Counted from the first letter of the whole stretch, positions 13,127 through 27,044 are shown. The stretch: DNA of 63,877 nt, filler included, from Octopus bimaculoides (GCF_001194135.2; 9 parts of 9 records of this genome joined end to end with filler, not necessarily neighbours in it); one strand, 5' to 3'. Program-made: numbers and translations. Notes: generated by a model not told the origin, from the letters alone.

Positions 13127-14288
13127 GTGGCATTGGAGTATCAACCCTTTGAATACAAAAACTGAAACTAAGAAGATCTCACTACGCTTCATTCCATGTT
13201 TAGGTAAAGATGCTGAACCTAGCAATATGGGAAAAAAAAATGAGACAATCGTCCAATGTTTTAGAAATTTTGTTGCTCTTGTGGTGAAATATATACGACA
13301 TGATGGTGTTTAAATATTACGACTGAGTCAGCATTTCTGTTGGCCGCGTTCATGTGATGAGCTGAGTACCGCAATGTACCAAAAGTTAATCTACGATTCT
13401 GAGCTTCTACTCATTACTTCTGTGAACTATCTTATAAGATGGCAGATTCAAAGACTATATGAAGCTAATTCTCTTCACTGTATAACTTTCAATATAAAGC
13501 CTCTCCTAAGACACCAGTCCTATCAATCAATCCTAGGCGATCAATAATATTCAGGGAAATATTTGAGCTTTTGATTTAGTTGCATGATGGTTCCAGTTAA
13601 ACCGAAACAGGTCTTGAGGAGAGCCTGTTCCTACTGAACTAGATGGATCTAGGAATAGATATATCTTGAAAGAAAAAAAAGAGAACAAAATGCGCAACGG
13701 CAGAACAAGTCAGTGAAGTCGTACGATCCCAAAAGCTAAACAGGGCAATGGTGAGCTAAGCAATGAGTAACTGGGCAATTCCAGACGGACTGGCATTGAA
13801 GGTGCAACTCAAGCAACACATGAGTTGATATCTTTGAGATCATCGTGTGTAGGCCATATCCTGGCAAGGTCAGGGTTCACCCAAATGAAAATTACACAAC
13901 CAGTATTTCTTCTGATATCTTCTTAGACAATATCATAAGGTGTATAATATATATGTATGTCTTCTGTTTTTTAATTATTATGAATCTTCCACTGAGGAGA
14001 GATATAGTTAACACAGACAAATTCGCATTTGGAACTTGAGAGAAGTCTTGCATATTTTTATTGTTTCACTCACATATTGCACTTGTAATGTACGAATTAG
14101 CCGGTCGATTTCTTTTTCTGAAAATCCCAGTTTAATCCAGATTCTCTTTTAAGCATTTACTAACAAAACTTAGTGCTCCGATTGTTATTGGTATAAATAT
14201 GAATTCATAGTTTGGATTTAGAAGCTGGCGGTTTCGAAGCAGTTGTCTATAGATATCCCCTTTTACTTGGATTTTCAGATATTTATAT

Positions 14289-14515
14289 CTTATTTCTTTA
14301 TTGCCCACAAAGGGCTTAACATAGAGGGGACAAACAAGGACAGACAAAGGGATTAAGTCGATTACATCGACCCCAGTGCGTAACTGGTACTTAATTTATC
14401 GACCCCCGAAAAGATGAAAGGCAAAGTCGACCTCGGCGAAATTTGAACTCAGAACGTAGCGGCAGACGAAATACCGCTAAGTATTTCGCTCGGCGTGCTA
14501 ACGTTTCTGCCAGCA
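14289..14515 (-). mobile_element. Full-length young SINE family A
   Basis: Near-identical reverse complement of 6241-6472. Confidence 0.92.
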
Positions 14516-15023
14516 GACCTCTATAATGGTACTTACCTGCCTGTCTGCGTACCTACCTACCTACCTACCTACCTACCTACCTACCTACCTACCTACCTAC
14601 ATGCATACATCTCTTTCTCTTTATATACTCATACAAAAATGCATGTACATATACATAAACACACATACATTTTACATACATACGTACCCCCCCCACACAC
14701 ACACATACACACATATAGTTATATACTGTTATATTTCGGGATGGTCATTTATTTCTTACCGAATAAACACACGTACATATATATTTGTTCTTCATTCGTT
14801 TATCATTGTTCCTATTTTATCTTATGTTCATTGTCTGGACATAAAATATAAAAAGGATAAGAAATAAATATATTTTCTTAAGCACTTGGCATCATTGAGA
14901 TTACGGCCGTTTCGCAGCCTTTTTCATGTAGTAATAATTTCGGCGTGGAATAGATTATGTTTACAGTGATTTCATTCATATTCATGCTATGCATTTCACA
15001 ATGGAACTGAATATTCACAAAAA

Positions 15024-15131
15024 CAGTGCAAATAAAGAAAGCAGTGCAAATAAAGAAAGCAGTGCAAATAAAGAAAGCAGTGGAAATAAAGAAAGCAGTG
15101 CAAATAAAGAAAGCAGTGCAAATAAAGAAAG
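15024..15131. repeat. Minisatellite, 6 x 18-bp CAGTGCAAATAAAGAAAG
   Basis: Six head-to-tail units with one substitution (cagtgg). Confidence 0.95.
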
Positions 15132-16009
15132 CTAGCTCATCAGATCACCAGAACATCATGGTTACACCAACGACTCAGATTAATGCAAAAATGTAAACAT
15201 AATTTAGTCCATTCTGAATTCATTATTTCATGAAGAAGGCTGCAACACGGCCGTATTAGAAGATAAAGTTGAAAAGTATGTGTACGTGTGTCTGTGTGTG
15301 CGTGCGCGCGTAATGTGTGTGTGTGTGTTTGCATGTGTCTGTGCATCTGTTTGTGTGCATGTGTTTGTGGGTATGTATGCACGAGTGTGCGTGTGTGAGC
15401 ATGTATGTATATCACCCAAATAAACAGAACTGAAATTTGCATAAATTATTATTTTCAACATCATTATTTGTGTTGTTAGCAATGCACTTAAATCGATATA
15501 AAACACACAGTTGACTTCATTAGATTCACATTCATTGCTTTCAAGAGAAAAGACAAGAAAAGAACCACAACAACGACAACAGCAACAACAACTACAACAG
15601 CGATATTAGCAACAACAACAATAACAACAACGACAACAAACGGTAACCACAAAAACACACAGTTTTCAATCAATGAAAGATGTAAGGACTGCTGCATTTG
15701 GGGGCATTTTTGTAGATTCACGTGGGTTGACGCAAGTGCATTTGCAGCCATTTATTTTTTACAAAATCTTTGCTGAGTTCTTTTAAAAACATTGTCTTAG
15801 CAATCATTTATCTTTGCTGTAGCACATGGAATTTTTACCTAATTGACCATACGAATGTTGTGTGATTGTAGATTCAACCGAAAATGAAATACAGTGCAAT
15901 GAAATGTCTGCATGTACACAAAATTCAATACAGTCCTTGCAATACACTTGGAGTGCTTGAATACATTGACACGCTATGCTGTGTGATCTAATTAATGTTG
16001 CTTGGTTTC

Positions 16010-16520
<511 letters not shown>

Positions 16521-16564
16521 AACTTGAGTTTTTTCTTTCTCTCCGCTGTTACTGGAACAAGGAA

Positions 16565-16929
16565 GACGTGTTCTTGTTTGTCTCCTGTACAAGCTTGATT
16601 TACGCGTTCGCCACCACAACCTCGTTTAGGCTTAGCAGCCCTTCCTGTTTGTTTTCAATGTCCTGTTTGTGTTACCAATTTTGTTTTCACTGTCCTGTTT
16701 GTGTAACCAATTCTGTTTTCACTGTCCTGTTTGTGTTACCAATTTTGACCCTCCGCAAAATCCCTAGTTTTATTTAATTTGCTTTCGGGGAGCAACTGTT
16801 TTATCGAAAGCGTATATTGTTGCTAAATGCTCGAAATACGAGACTAGAAAAACAGCCAACAACTGATGAAGGGTCGTTCTTTATGTTGTTTGTTTTGTTT
16901 TCCATCTGTGTCTTTAGTTGTTCGAAAGA
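16565..16929 (+). mobile_element. Dispersed repeat (paralog at 61755-62125), probable retroelement 3' terminus; internal 32-bp unit x3
   Basis: tagcagccct...ggagcaactg...gaaaaacagc..acaactgatgaagggtcgttctttatg is shared with the 61.8-62.0 kb copy. Confidence 0.75.
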
Positions 16930-17479
16930 NNNNNNNNNNNNNNNNNNNNNNNNNNNNNNNNNNNNNNNNNNNNNNNNNNNNNNNNNNNNNNNNNNNNNNN
17001 NNNNNNNNNNNNNNNNNNNNNNNNNNNNNNNNNNNNNNNNNNNNNNNNNNNNNNNNNNNNNNNNNNNNNNNNNNNNNNNNNNNNNNNNNNNNNNNNNNNN
17101 NNNNNNNNNNNNNNNNNNNNNNNNNNNNNNNNNNNNNNNNNNNNNNNNNNNNNNNNNNNNNNNNNNNNNNNNNNNNNNNNNNNNNNNNNNNNNNNNNNNN
17201 NNNNNNNNNNNNNNNNNNNNNNNNNNNNNNNNNNNNNNNNNNNNNNNNNNNNNNNNNNNNNNNNNNNNNNNNNNNNNNNNNNNNNNNNNNNNNNNNNNNN
17301 NNNNNNNNNNNNNNNNNNNNNNNNNNNNNNNNNNNNNNNNNNNNNNNNNNNNNNNNNNNNNNNNNNNNNNNNNNNNNNNNNNNNNNNNNNNNNNNNNNNN
17401 NNNNATATATAGATATGCGTGTGGGCGCGCCTGTATGTATGTACAAGTCTGCGTATGTATGGACATCTATGTATGTATG

Positions 17480-17521
<42 letters not shown>

Positions 17522-17541
17522 ACTACGTATATATCTCCCTT

Positions 17542-17582
<41 letters not shown>

Positions 17583-17697
17583 GTAGATGTTCATATATAT
17601 TGCGTTAGAACAGTATTGCCGTTAGAACAACGGAAATAACGGGATCATAGAATACACATCTCGACACTAATATATAAAAAAAAACAGAAGTTTGTTT

Positions 17698-18088
17698 CGT
17701 CGTGGCACTTTGTCGGTTACAACGACGAGGGTTCTAGTTAATCCGATAAACGGAACAGCCTGCACGTGAAATTAACCTGAAAGTGGCTAAGCACTCCACA
17801 GACACGTGTACCCCTAACGTAGTTCTTGGGGAGATTCAGCGAGGCATAGAGTGTGACAAGGCTGGCCTTTTAAAATGCAAGTAGAACAGAAACAGGAAGA
17901 AAGAGTGAGAGAAAGTTGTGGTGAAAAAGTATATATAGCAGGGTTCGCCACCACCCCTGCCGGAGCTTCGTGGAGCTTTAGGTGTTTTCGCTCAATAAAT
18001 ACTCACAATGCCCGGTCTAGGAACCGAAACCGCGATCCTATGACCGCGATTCTGCTGCTCTAACCACTGGGCCATTCCGTCTCCACAC
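17698..18088 (-). mobile_element. Full-length SINE family E (tRNA-derived)
   Basis: Reverse complement reads tggcccagtggttagagcagc...ggtttcggttcc (A/B boxes), body tttattgagcgaaaacacctaaagctccacg, tail gtaaccgacaaagtgccac. Confidence 0.85.
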
Positions 18089-18149
18089 GTTAGTTTGTTT
18101 ATACTTACATGTACAAAGTTGTTCAATTAGCTATTTAGCGTCTAAATTT

Positions 18150-18306
18150 GAAGATGGATTTATCTTAATGGTAAAGCACTCAGCTGTAGACTTGGGGGAT
18201 GTGGGTTCGAGTAGCATGGGTATTTGTTAGCAATTTTTTTCTCGCCTGCTAAGAGTAATTTACCCAGTATTTCTGCTGTTCGAAAAGATATCAGCTTATC
18301 TGTACC

Positions 18307-18310
<4 letters not shown>
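18150..18310 (+). mobile_element. tRNA-headed SINE family F ending at (TA)n
   Basis: tggtaaagcactcag...gggttcgagt; body similar to the reverse copy at 42183-42335. Confidence 0.6.
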
Positions 18311-18339
<29 letters not shown>

Positions 18340-20649
18340 NNNNNNNNNNNNNNNNNNNNNNNNNNNNNNNNNNNNNNNNNNNNTTAATTAATTAANNNNN
18401 NNNNNNNNNNNNNNNNNNNNNNNNNNNNNNNNNNNNNNNGTGAAATAATGTGTAGTGAATGAATATGAAAAAAGATTGCGCTAACGAACGGAGGTGGGGT
18501 GGGAAGAAGAAGTCCTCTCCGTCAGCGCGCATTTTTTTTTTTTTTCATATTCGTTTACTATACATTATTTCACACCTATTACGCTGTTCTTTTTTTCTTT
18601 TCATTTTTGTGACCGGGTCCTAAACTAGAAATTAACCCATTTGCGTAGGTATACCGGTTTTTCCGTTCAGTTTTCAGTATTTTCCAGACAGGTCAATGTT
18701 TTACATTTTTGCCACCCCACCACTCATGCACTTCCCAAGAGATATGAATCTTCTAGAGACTAGAATTGCTATTTCAAAACTCCCCCGAAACCTGCGGATA
18801 TTTACAAATTCGGCAGCAAACTATATCCATGTATTTTATATTTCTAAAAAAAAAGGGTGTTCACTAGCCAACTAAATTCAATCATTATCTATTAAAATAA
18901 CTACTTTTTAACTTAGTCAACACGAATTATTCATATTTAAGTGCGGGTAGTATATGAAATATTCTGCTGTATTTCTTGACTGGTGCGCATCATATGCATT
19001 TTAATTATTTTTAATAGCCTGCCTAATTAAAAATTCCAGATTAGAGAGAGAAAAAGAAAATCATTTTTCTTTTGTAAATTTTACTTACGGAGCAATAGGA
19101 GCTAGGTTCATAACCCAAGTAGAGGAAAAGTAGAAATTCTTCAACAACCGAAGAAGTCCGGATATCCAAAAAGCTTGCTTCTAAATATGTAACAATTTAT
19201 TATTCACTTCAGTGCTACTGTAATGACTCACATGTTTAATGTCTTTTCAGCATAAGTTCAAAATTTTTTTTCTCCTGACAATATATTGCAGATTAGATCT
19301 TAAAGAATTTTAAATATATATTTATATATACTGTGCGCCTATAACTATTTATTTTATAGATTAGCAGTAGCCTGTTACAATAAATAACCACTGTGACAGA
19401 TACGAAATATAAACAAATTTGTTGGCTGTCTCTGTTTGTACAAGGCATTCTAAAGAAAAGACTGTATCAGTTGACCTGCTGTTGCGATGTCACCTAGATG
19501 ACGTGTTTACTGTGCTGGGAAAAGAAATCGATAAATTATAGTTCTAACGCAACAACACGTGATATTGTGGTGAAATAAGGGGTGGATACAGGTTAGCACA
19601 AGCTAACTCATTGCAATTAAGTCTATGACCAATTTTTGATAACCAATCGTAGTAATTGAGGGTGAATGCATGAGCACCAAACGATCTCGCTTTTCGTCTT
19701 ATAAAAAATGTTTTGCATCGATGTAATAATAAAATGGATACTAAAGTGAAACATACCTGTGCATTTGGTATATATAACTAAACTGTATAATTCTTTAAAA
19801 CTAGCTCTTAACAAACAATCTTAACAAACCTGTTGAAAATCTTTAACTAAGATTATTCATGCAATTAATAGATAAAAACTAAGCATATTTAAAAAAAAAA
19901 ACAGGGTGGGGAAGTAACTCCAATTAGACCTGTTGCTCACCCTTAGTCTTGCCATAAGTTGGCCTAAGGAAACTGAAAGAATGTCCTTTGCTTTCACCTG
20001 ATGTCTTTAAAGACCAGGTCTGCTCTCATTTGCAATGTTTATATTGTCCAACAATTACAATCAACTGATTTTGCGTGAGTTATCTTCCTTCTTTTTAAAT
20101 TTTCAACACTCCAAAAGGGTCTTTAATATTTACTTGGATACAAAAACAGATATTTTCTCATTTTGGTAGATTTTAAACTCACTATATTACATATACAGGT
20201 TCCTACCATTGTTGTGTTTAGTTTGCACAACACTCCCCTGAGATATTTTCCTTCAGCCATATGGTCTCTATTGTCTAGTACTTCTTGCAAACAACTACTT
20301 TCTTAATTTCGAATGTTAATGTATGAATGATTTTCTTTTGATTTTTATAAGTAATTTTTTTTCCTTTGCAAAATTCAAGTTATCTCTAACAAAGTGATAC
20401 AGCTTTTGTTTAAGTCAAGACAGCTTTTGGAAGTTTGTGGATATTTCACTTGTTTGGTTTTATGCATATGTGTGTGCATATGAGGATAAACTTGCACTCA
20501 TGTAGTGGGTGTGCATCACTGTTGTACACAAGTGTATGAGGTTCATTGTTTTGTGGGGGTGGGGAGCATACATGTCTGTGCGTGTATATGTGTTTGTATG
20601 TGTATGTGTGCATATTCCATATATACATATGATAATGTGTATGTGTTCA

Positions 20650-22560
20650 GTACAGGCTCCAAAAAAGAATCCCACAAACATTTGACAGATTATTCACTTG
20701 TACCCTCGATTGGAGGAATGTGAATCAGTTTGTTTTGTTCATTTGTGAAGAACCCATGCATTTGTAGGCTTTTGGGCAAATCTGTTGTTATGTTGTCCAG
20801 TGCACATATAATGATAGGTACAAATAAAAATTTATAATCTGAATATTAGAGATGTAAGTTTCTTATTAGTTTCCATAAATGTTCTCCCTTTCTTCAATTT
20901 CTAGGGACATCTTCACTTCTACTTTTGTTCTCTATCTAGCCTATTGTGCTTACATCAGGTTGCTGTTTTTATTGGAATGTTTCACTTGTATTCTTTACTT
21001 TTATGGCATGGAAACATTTTGTTTCTGGCATGCCTTTGTTATGGACATCAGAATAATCCTTCCTACTTATAGCATCATAGATGGTTTTATGACAGTCTCA
21101 CATCTCATAGAAAGGTCATACCATGTGGCCATTTTTGAATAGCTACTGATGATATAAGTGATAATTTTAACACTGGCATGACACAATTGATATTTTTTTA
21201 TCAAAACATGGAGATCAAGAGGCATCTTTAGCTTTCTTGTTGGTCAGATATTTAGTAACTATCTTCTCCTGGATAGCAAAGATGTAGTTTTCTAGGTGAT
21301 GTATCTATCACAACTCCCCTTCAATAGACACTGAGCAAGAGTACTCATTCTCTCTTTGCTGTTTGATGTATGTTGTGTAGGTGATGCAATGCAGCACCCA
21401 AAGGCCTTCTGGACTGGTGTTATACCTCTGTAGCTGTCTCTCCATTTAACACGGATCCTGTTAATGTCACTGATGATGTGAAAGTTATCAGTAGTTGTTA
21501 ATATCTTCTTAGTCCTGATGTCAAAGTTGCAAATTCTAGTATTCCAAACATTGAAGCTAACACTGAGGCTGTGAAAGCATTGTGGAATATGGTTTCATTG
21601 AATGTAGACAACTCTAACTTCCATATCTCATAAAATCTACTGAAGTGTTCTTGTGTCACCCTAGCTTTACTCACAGCACCAACATTTGCAATATTCTTGT
21701 CGGTTCTGTTTAATTCTCATGCAATATTCTGTACTGGAAATAGGAGAGATAGATATGCCATTGTTATCCTTACTCCTTGTCTGAATGACAGTCTTTCTTC
21801 ATTTGACTACCAAATATGAGCACTTTTCTGAATCAAACTCCATTCCTATGTCCTTTGAGAATCTTTGCAACCAGTTGTGTCTCTTGGTGTCATCAATATT
21901 ACTCAAGTACTGCTTAAGGTCATCATCAAAATCCTGTAGTCTTTGCATTTCTTAACTGGGCTGACAAGGTTCACTACCAGGATGAAAAGCATTACAGATA
22001 AGTTGTCAACTTGGAAAATTCTTGTTGGTAGCCTAATTTTGTTAATGACTACAGTGATAACTTTGGTTTTTATAGTTCAACAGACCATGTTGTTGCTTGT
22101 CTCTAAATGGCATCAAATATTACAATTGGAACCTAGGTAAAGTATAGTGACTCTAGTATTCATGAGTTGGGGACAAAGTCAAATCCCTCCTTATAGTCTA
22201 GACCATACAGTCAGAAGATTTCAGCAATGCTGCTTTGTTTCCTTGGGGACAACTTTCTCAGTGAGGAGCTGTTCTTTACAGCTCTAGATGCCTTTCTTTC
22301 TTTCTTTCTGCTCCTGAGTCACCATATAATGTTTCATAGTGATCCTGGAGAAATACATTCAAACAACCTGCACATGATGGGCTTGAAGTTTTTGGCTATG
22401 TATCTTCTTGTTTTTAGCTGTGAGTGTTGTATGTGCAACTGTGAACCAGTACATATATGTCCTACCTCTTCTTTTTATTTATTAATATTCTTTCTAGAAG
22501 GATGGTGCTGGTTTCTAACATAGAGCTCTATCCTTGGAGTTTGGATAACAACTATAATTG
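20650..22560 (-). pseudogene. Heavily decayed R4/Dong-clade non-LTR retrotransposon (RT + C-terminal restriction-like endonuclease region)
   Basis: Manual minus-strand translation gives KNFKPI, WLDYKEGFDFVP, RIFQVDNLS, DDDLKQY...RFSKDIGMEF, NYIFAIQEK, KTIYDAI, FVPIII; many stops and frameshifts. Confidence 0.75.
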
Positions 22561-22724
22561 TTACATATTGAACTTTAAGAAACTCTTGCATAATTTTACT
22601 GTTCCACTTAGAGATTATATATGAAAAGTTCATTTTAGCTAGGTTTGGTCTGGTCTCTTTCTTTGCTTGGAAATTCTAGTTTCTACAGACTTAATAACAT
22701 AACTGTCATCCATACATACAGGCT

Positions 22725-22890
22725 TGTCCTTTACAGGTGCCAGGGCCATATAAAATGCACTTGTGCCAGTGCTGCATAGATGCACCTATGCCAGTGGCAT
22801 ATAAAAAGCATCCAGCACTCTCTGTAAAGTGAAAGTGGTTGGCATTAGTAACATCACCCAGCTGTAGAAACCATCTCACAACAGACATTT
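22725..22890 (+). mobile_element. Degenerate copy of SINE family D 3' part
   Basis: gccagtggcatataaaaagc...gtggttggcattag...ccagctgtagaaacc. Confidence 0.55.
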
Positions 22891-24034
22891 GGAGTCTGTC
22901 CATAGTATTGTATATTGTTTTAGCAACAATCTTATGTTGCAGTAGGTGATAAAATCTCCATGACAATTTTAGATAGCTGTTGATTACACATGCTATGTAC
23001 TCCATTGAAGATTGACATGATCAATAATTGTGGTTATTTCTTTGGATTATGTGAACTTTGCTGTCTTGTTTGTTCATGAGATATTTTGTAAAGCATAGCC
23101 CTCAAGATATGACACGATGTTGTAGTTACAAACCCAAGAGAGGCTACATTTCATATTAATATTGTCGTCTTTTTCTAGTTTATAGGAAACATATCCATGC
23201 ATTACTTTTGTATGTAGAGTGTATGTGTATGTTTTTTTTTTGTATATGCATGTATTTATCAAGTGCATTATAATCATGATCAAAAAATTCTTGAGTGGAA
23301 TACATACTTACACATAATTAGATGTGTGTGTGTGTGTGTGTGTTTATGTATACATATGTGAATAGATATACAAGTTTGGACATAGGTATGTATACATATA
23401 CACATGTATATATATCCTTTCCACTTCTGTTAGCCTGGCTATACACTATATTCTATTTTCTTAAAACCTACTTTCCTCAACACTCTTATGTCTTGGTTGA
23501 ACATCAGTGACAAAGATTCTAATGTCTATTCTTCTATTGGCTTTAGTGCACTTCCAAGTTCTCCAACTAACAGCAATTGCTTGATCATCTCACATTCTAG
23601 ATTGAAGACATATATATAAATTCATTCGCTTATGCTGCCTTTTAAGTGACTGCAATATACATTACTCATTCTGGCTTTTCCTCTGCTCCAAGACAATACT
23701 ACAAACACAGAATCAAATTCCTTTGATATCCTGAACTGTTTATGTCTATTAATCTCTTGATTGACCAACACACTTGTTTTCCAAAACATTCTTGATCTTT
23801 CTCATCTCTGAAACCAATTTGTCATCACAGATTTTGCATCTATTGGGTTATTTCAACACTGTCTGTTAAAGTTACCCATCTTTACATCACAAACCCTGAT
23901 CTTTAAATCTTCTCCAAGTGAACTACCCCAGCAGAGTTCCACACATTCTATTGTGATTACTTTTCACAGCAAATGTGCTTCACCTCTAATCTGAGATGGC
24001 TAAATGAATAACAAATATTACTAAACTCCGCTAT

Positions 24035-24665
24035 TGGACACTAAGCTTCACTATTGGATACTAAACTCCGCTTGTGAAGACCTGTTGAGGCAAGTGAAAT
24101 CAAAATCGAACCAAATTTGATGACTGGCACCTATGCCAACGTCTCCTTCATTGGACACTAAACTTGGCTTGTGAAGACCTGTTGGGGCAAGTGAAAGCGA
24201 AATCGTGATGGCACTTGTACCAGTGGAGTGCTCAGAGCACCATCCGAGCATGATCATTGTCAGAGCAGCAGTCTGGCTTCCATGCCAGTGGCACGTAAAT
24301 AGCACCATTTGAACGTGATCATTACCAGCGTCGCCTTCCTGGCACTTGTGCCAGTGGCACGTGAAAAGACATTCGAGCGAGGTCATTGCCAGTGCCACTG
24401 GACTGGCTCTTGTGCAGGTGGCATGTAAAATACACCATTTTGAGCATGGCCGTTGCCAGTACCACCTGACTGGCCTTCGTGCAGGTGGCACATAAAAGCA
24501 CCCACTACACTCTCGGAGTGGTTGGTGTTAGGAAGGGCATCCAGCTGTAGAAACTCTGCCAAATCAGATTGGAGCCTGGTGTAGCCATCTCGGTTCACCA
24601 GTCTCAGTCAAATCGTCCAACCCATGCTAGCATGGTAAGCGGACATTAAACAATGATGATGATGA
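24035..24665 (+). mobile_element. SINE-like family D with internal ~65-bp tandem units and (GAT)n tail
   Basis: Units start at 24284, 24350, 24414 and 24481 (gc[c/a]agtggcacgtaaaa..cacc); tail aggaagggcatccagctgtagaaac...ccaacccatgctagcatgg...gacattaaacaatgatgatgat. Confidence 0.85.
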
Positions 24666-25671
24666 ATCTTTAATCTTTTACCTCACATAAAGTGATTCAC
24701 ACACTTGAACCAACAAATAAAACACACATAGAATCATTAATTGACCAGAAAATTCGGTTTCACATTGGTTTCAAACTTTCAGTTTTTTCTTTCACATGAT
24801 CCAAAGATTTGGGAAGGAATCCATAATATTTGCAGTGAACCCATGTAATTAAACTTCAAGTTGATACTAATTGAAGAAAATGTAGATTAGAAAGGGTTGT
24901 ACAGAGTTGAACTTATGGGCAACAGCTGAGATGATAGGAGGAGAATTTTGTGGAAAGTGTGGTACATAACTAGTTAGTTCAGAGAAGCAGGAACCATTAA
25001 AGTGATAAGAGAAGAGACAGAGAAAGATGTGTCACATCAGTGAACTAGAGGATGTAATGTTAGTAGATAAAAGTTTGCTAATCAATCAGATGTGATCTAA
25101 ATTGTTTGTGGGTATTAGCAGATAGTGTGTTTCAAATATGTGAAGAGTACTCTAATCTGGCTGCCACTATTGTTATGCAGAATATTAACAACTATTCAAT
25201 GCTGAAATAATTCTGGCTTTTGAGTTGTAATTTGGCTAGGTTATTGTTGATCACTGTCAAACATTGTCATTATCACACATTTATAAAGTTTATCACAGCT
25301 TTAGTTATTTGTTCCTGAATAAGGAAGATGTAGTGCTGTAAGTAAGTTTCATTGCATCAAAACTGCAATGTTTTCATTGGAGGAATTTTTTGAAATTCAT
25401 AGATGTAGTGCATGTAAAGGTAATCCTTGATTATGTAGCAAGGCCTAGAATCAAAAACCTACAGCTTCAGTAACTAAGGTCCAGGCTACACTTAGGTCAG
25501 GTGACATGTTCTGGTTATTAAACAATCAACTTACTGGAATATCACTTCTTATTTTGTTATAGTAGTTCCTGCACTTTTGTGGTTATATAAGTACAACAGA
25601 TAAACAAATCAGAAAACAGCACTTCGGAAGTACAAGTAGCAAGCCCTTTACATCAAGTTTTCCTTATAACA

Positions 25672-25955
25672 TGTGGTGTTATGGGCTGTAATGAGCTGTG
25701 TGTTGTGGTGGAGAGAGGTGAGGCAAACAGAAGTGAAGCCAGACCGGAAGGGCCAGACCAGAAGGGTCAGACGGGAAGTCGGCGACACGCGGTCGAAGTC
25801 CAGCACGTGGGGGAAGTCAGAAAACAGAGAGGTTACGAGAAAGACGTGTTCTGATCAGGAGCGATCGTGTACTCCGCTGCGGTCGACAAGGTAAGGTCCA
25901 ACGTTTCATTCTGTCCTTTTGCTTCTTGTTGTCTTTTTTCCTCCATCACACCACA
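25672..25955. mobile_element. Probable solo LTR (TG...CA, 284 bp) or small TIR element
   Basis: Begins TGTGGTGTTATGGG; the end reverse-complements to TGTGGTGTGATGGA; GC-rich interior; no clear TSD. Confidence 0.5.
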
Positions 25956-26083
25956 AGCTATTTCGGCCCATNNNNNNNNNNNNNNNNNNNNNNNNNNNNN
26001 NNNNNNNNNNNNNNNTTAATTAATTAANNNNNNNNNNNNNNNNNNNNNNNNNNNNNNNNNNNNNNNNNNNNATATATATATAT

Positions 26084-26135
<52 letters not shown>

Positions 26136-27044
26136 CTATAGACACATACATACATACATACAAACATACAGACATACATACATACACATATGTATGTATA
26201 TAAACATATACATATACATATGTGTGTGTGTGTGTGTGTCTGTAACACGAAGATGGAACAGGCTTTAACAGTAGATAACTTACATTTCTGAGCACACATC
26301 AGATTTAAGGTGCCGTGTTGATATTCATATAACATTACGTAAGATTACTCTTACTGAGTTTGAATATTATTCAACAACAGCTGCCTTCATCGGGTAAAGT
26401 ACAATTAAAAGCTGCCAGATTTTTCTAGATTTGGCGTCTCAAAAGATGTGCAATACTTTCGAATAATGAAACAATTACATTCCAGTGGTGGGTGGTACTT
26501 ACGAACAACAAACCAAAAATACTCATCATTATAAACGCGCTTTACGAGGATTTGAATCAAAATACACACACACAATTATTCGCAATTTTGAACCGAAAAG
26601 CAGGAGTATAGTTATCACTAAAGTGATTGAGAGTGCTAATCAACACCAGCATTGCTAGAAATAAGGGTCAAAACAGTACATACACACACACATACACATG
26701 CTTTCATATTTGGTTTATATATATATATATATATCGTATGAGGGTATACATCCATCCATCCATACATACATACACACATACATACATACATACAGAAATA
26801 TATATGTACATCGGTATGTACATATACAGACACACACATGCATTTATATAAGTGTGTGTGTGTGTGTGTGTGTGCGTGCGTGTGTACATACCCATGTACA
26901 TATGTATCTATTTCTTTATGTATAATATAATATAGGATAAATTCTTTATAAGAATTTATCAAGTAGTCAGCGTGAAAAAACCTCATAATGAAAAAATAAC
27001 GAACAATTTCGTAATGAAAAAATTCATCATTTCTTCATAAATAT

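Noticed and set aside
16863-16929. CTGATGAAGG motifs at 16863, 61987, ~28190 and 28927
   Set aside because: No complete helix II plus GAAA plus NUH arrangement can be built; at most vestiges
23480-23900. Possible AP-endonuclease remnant on the minus strand (SNVY..., LLVGELG)
   Set aside because: Motifs are too weak to support without an alignment
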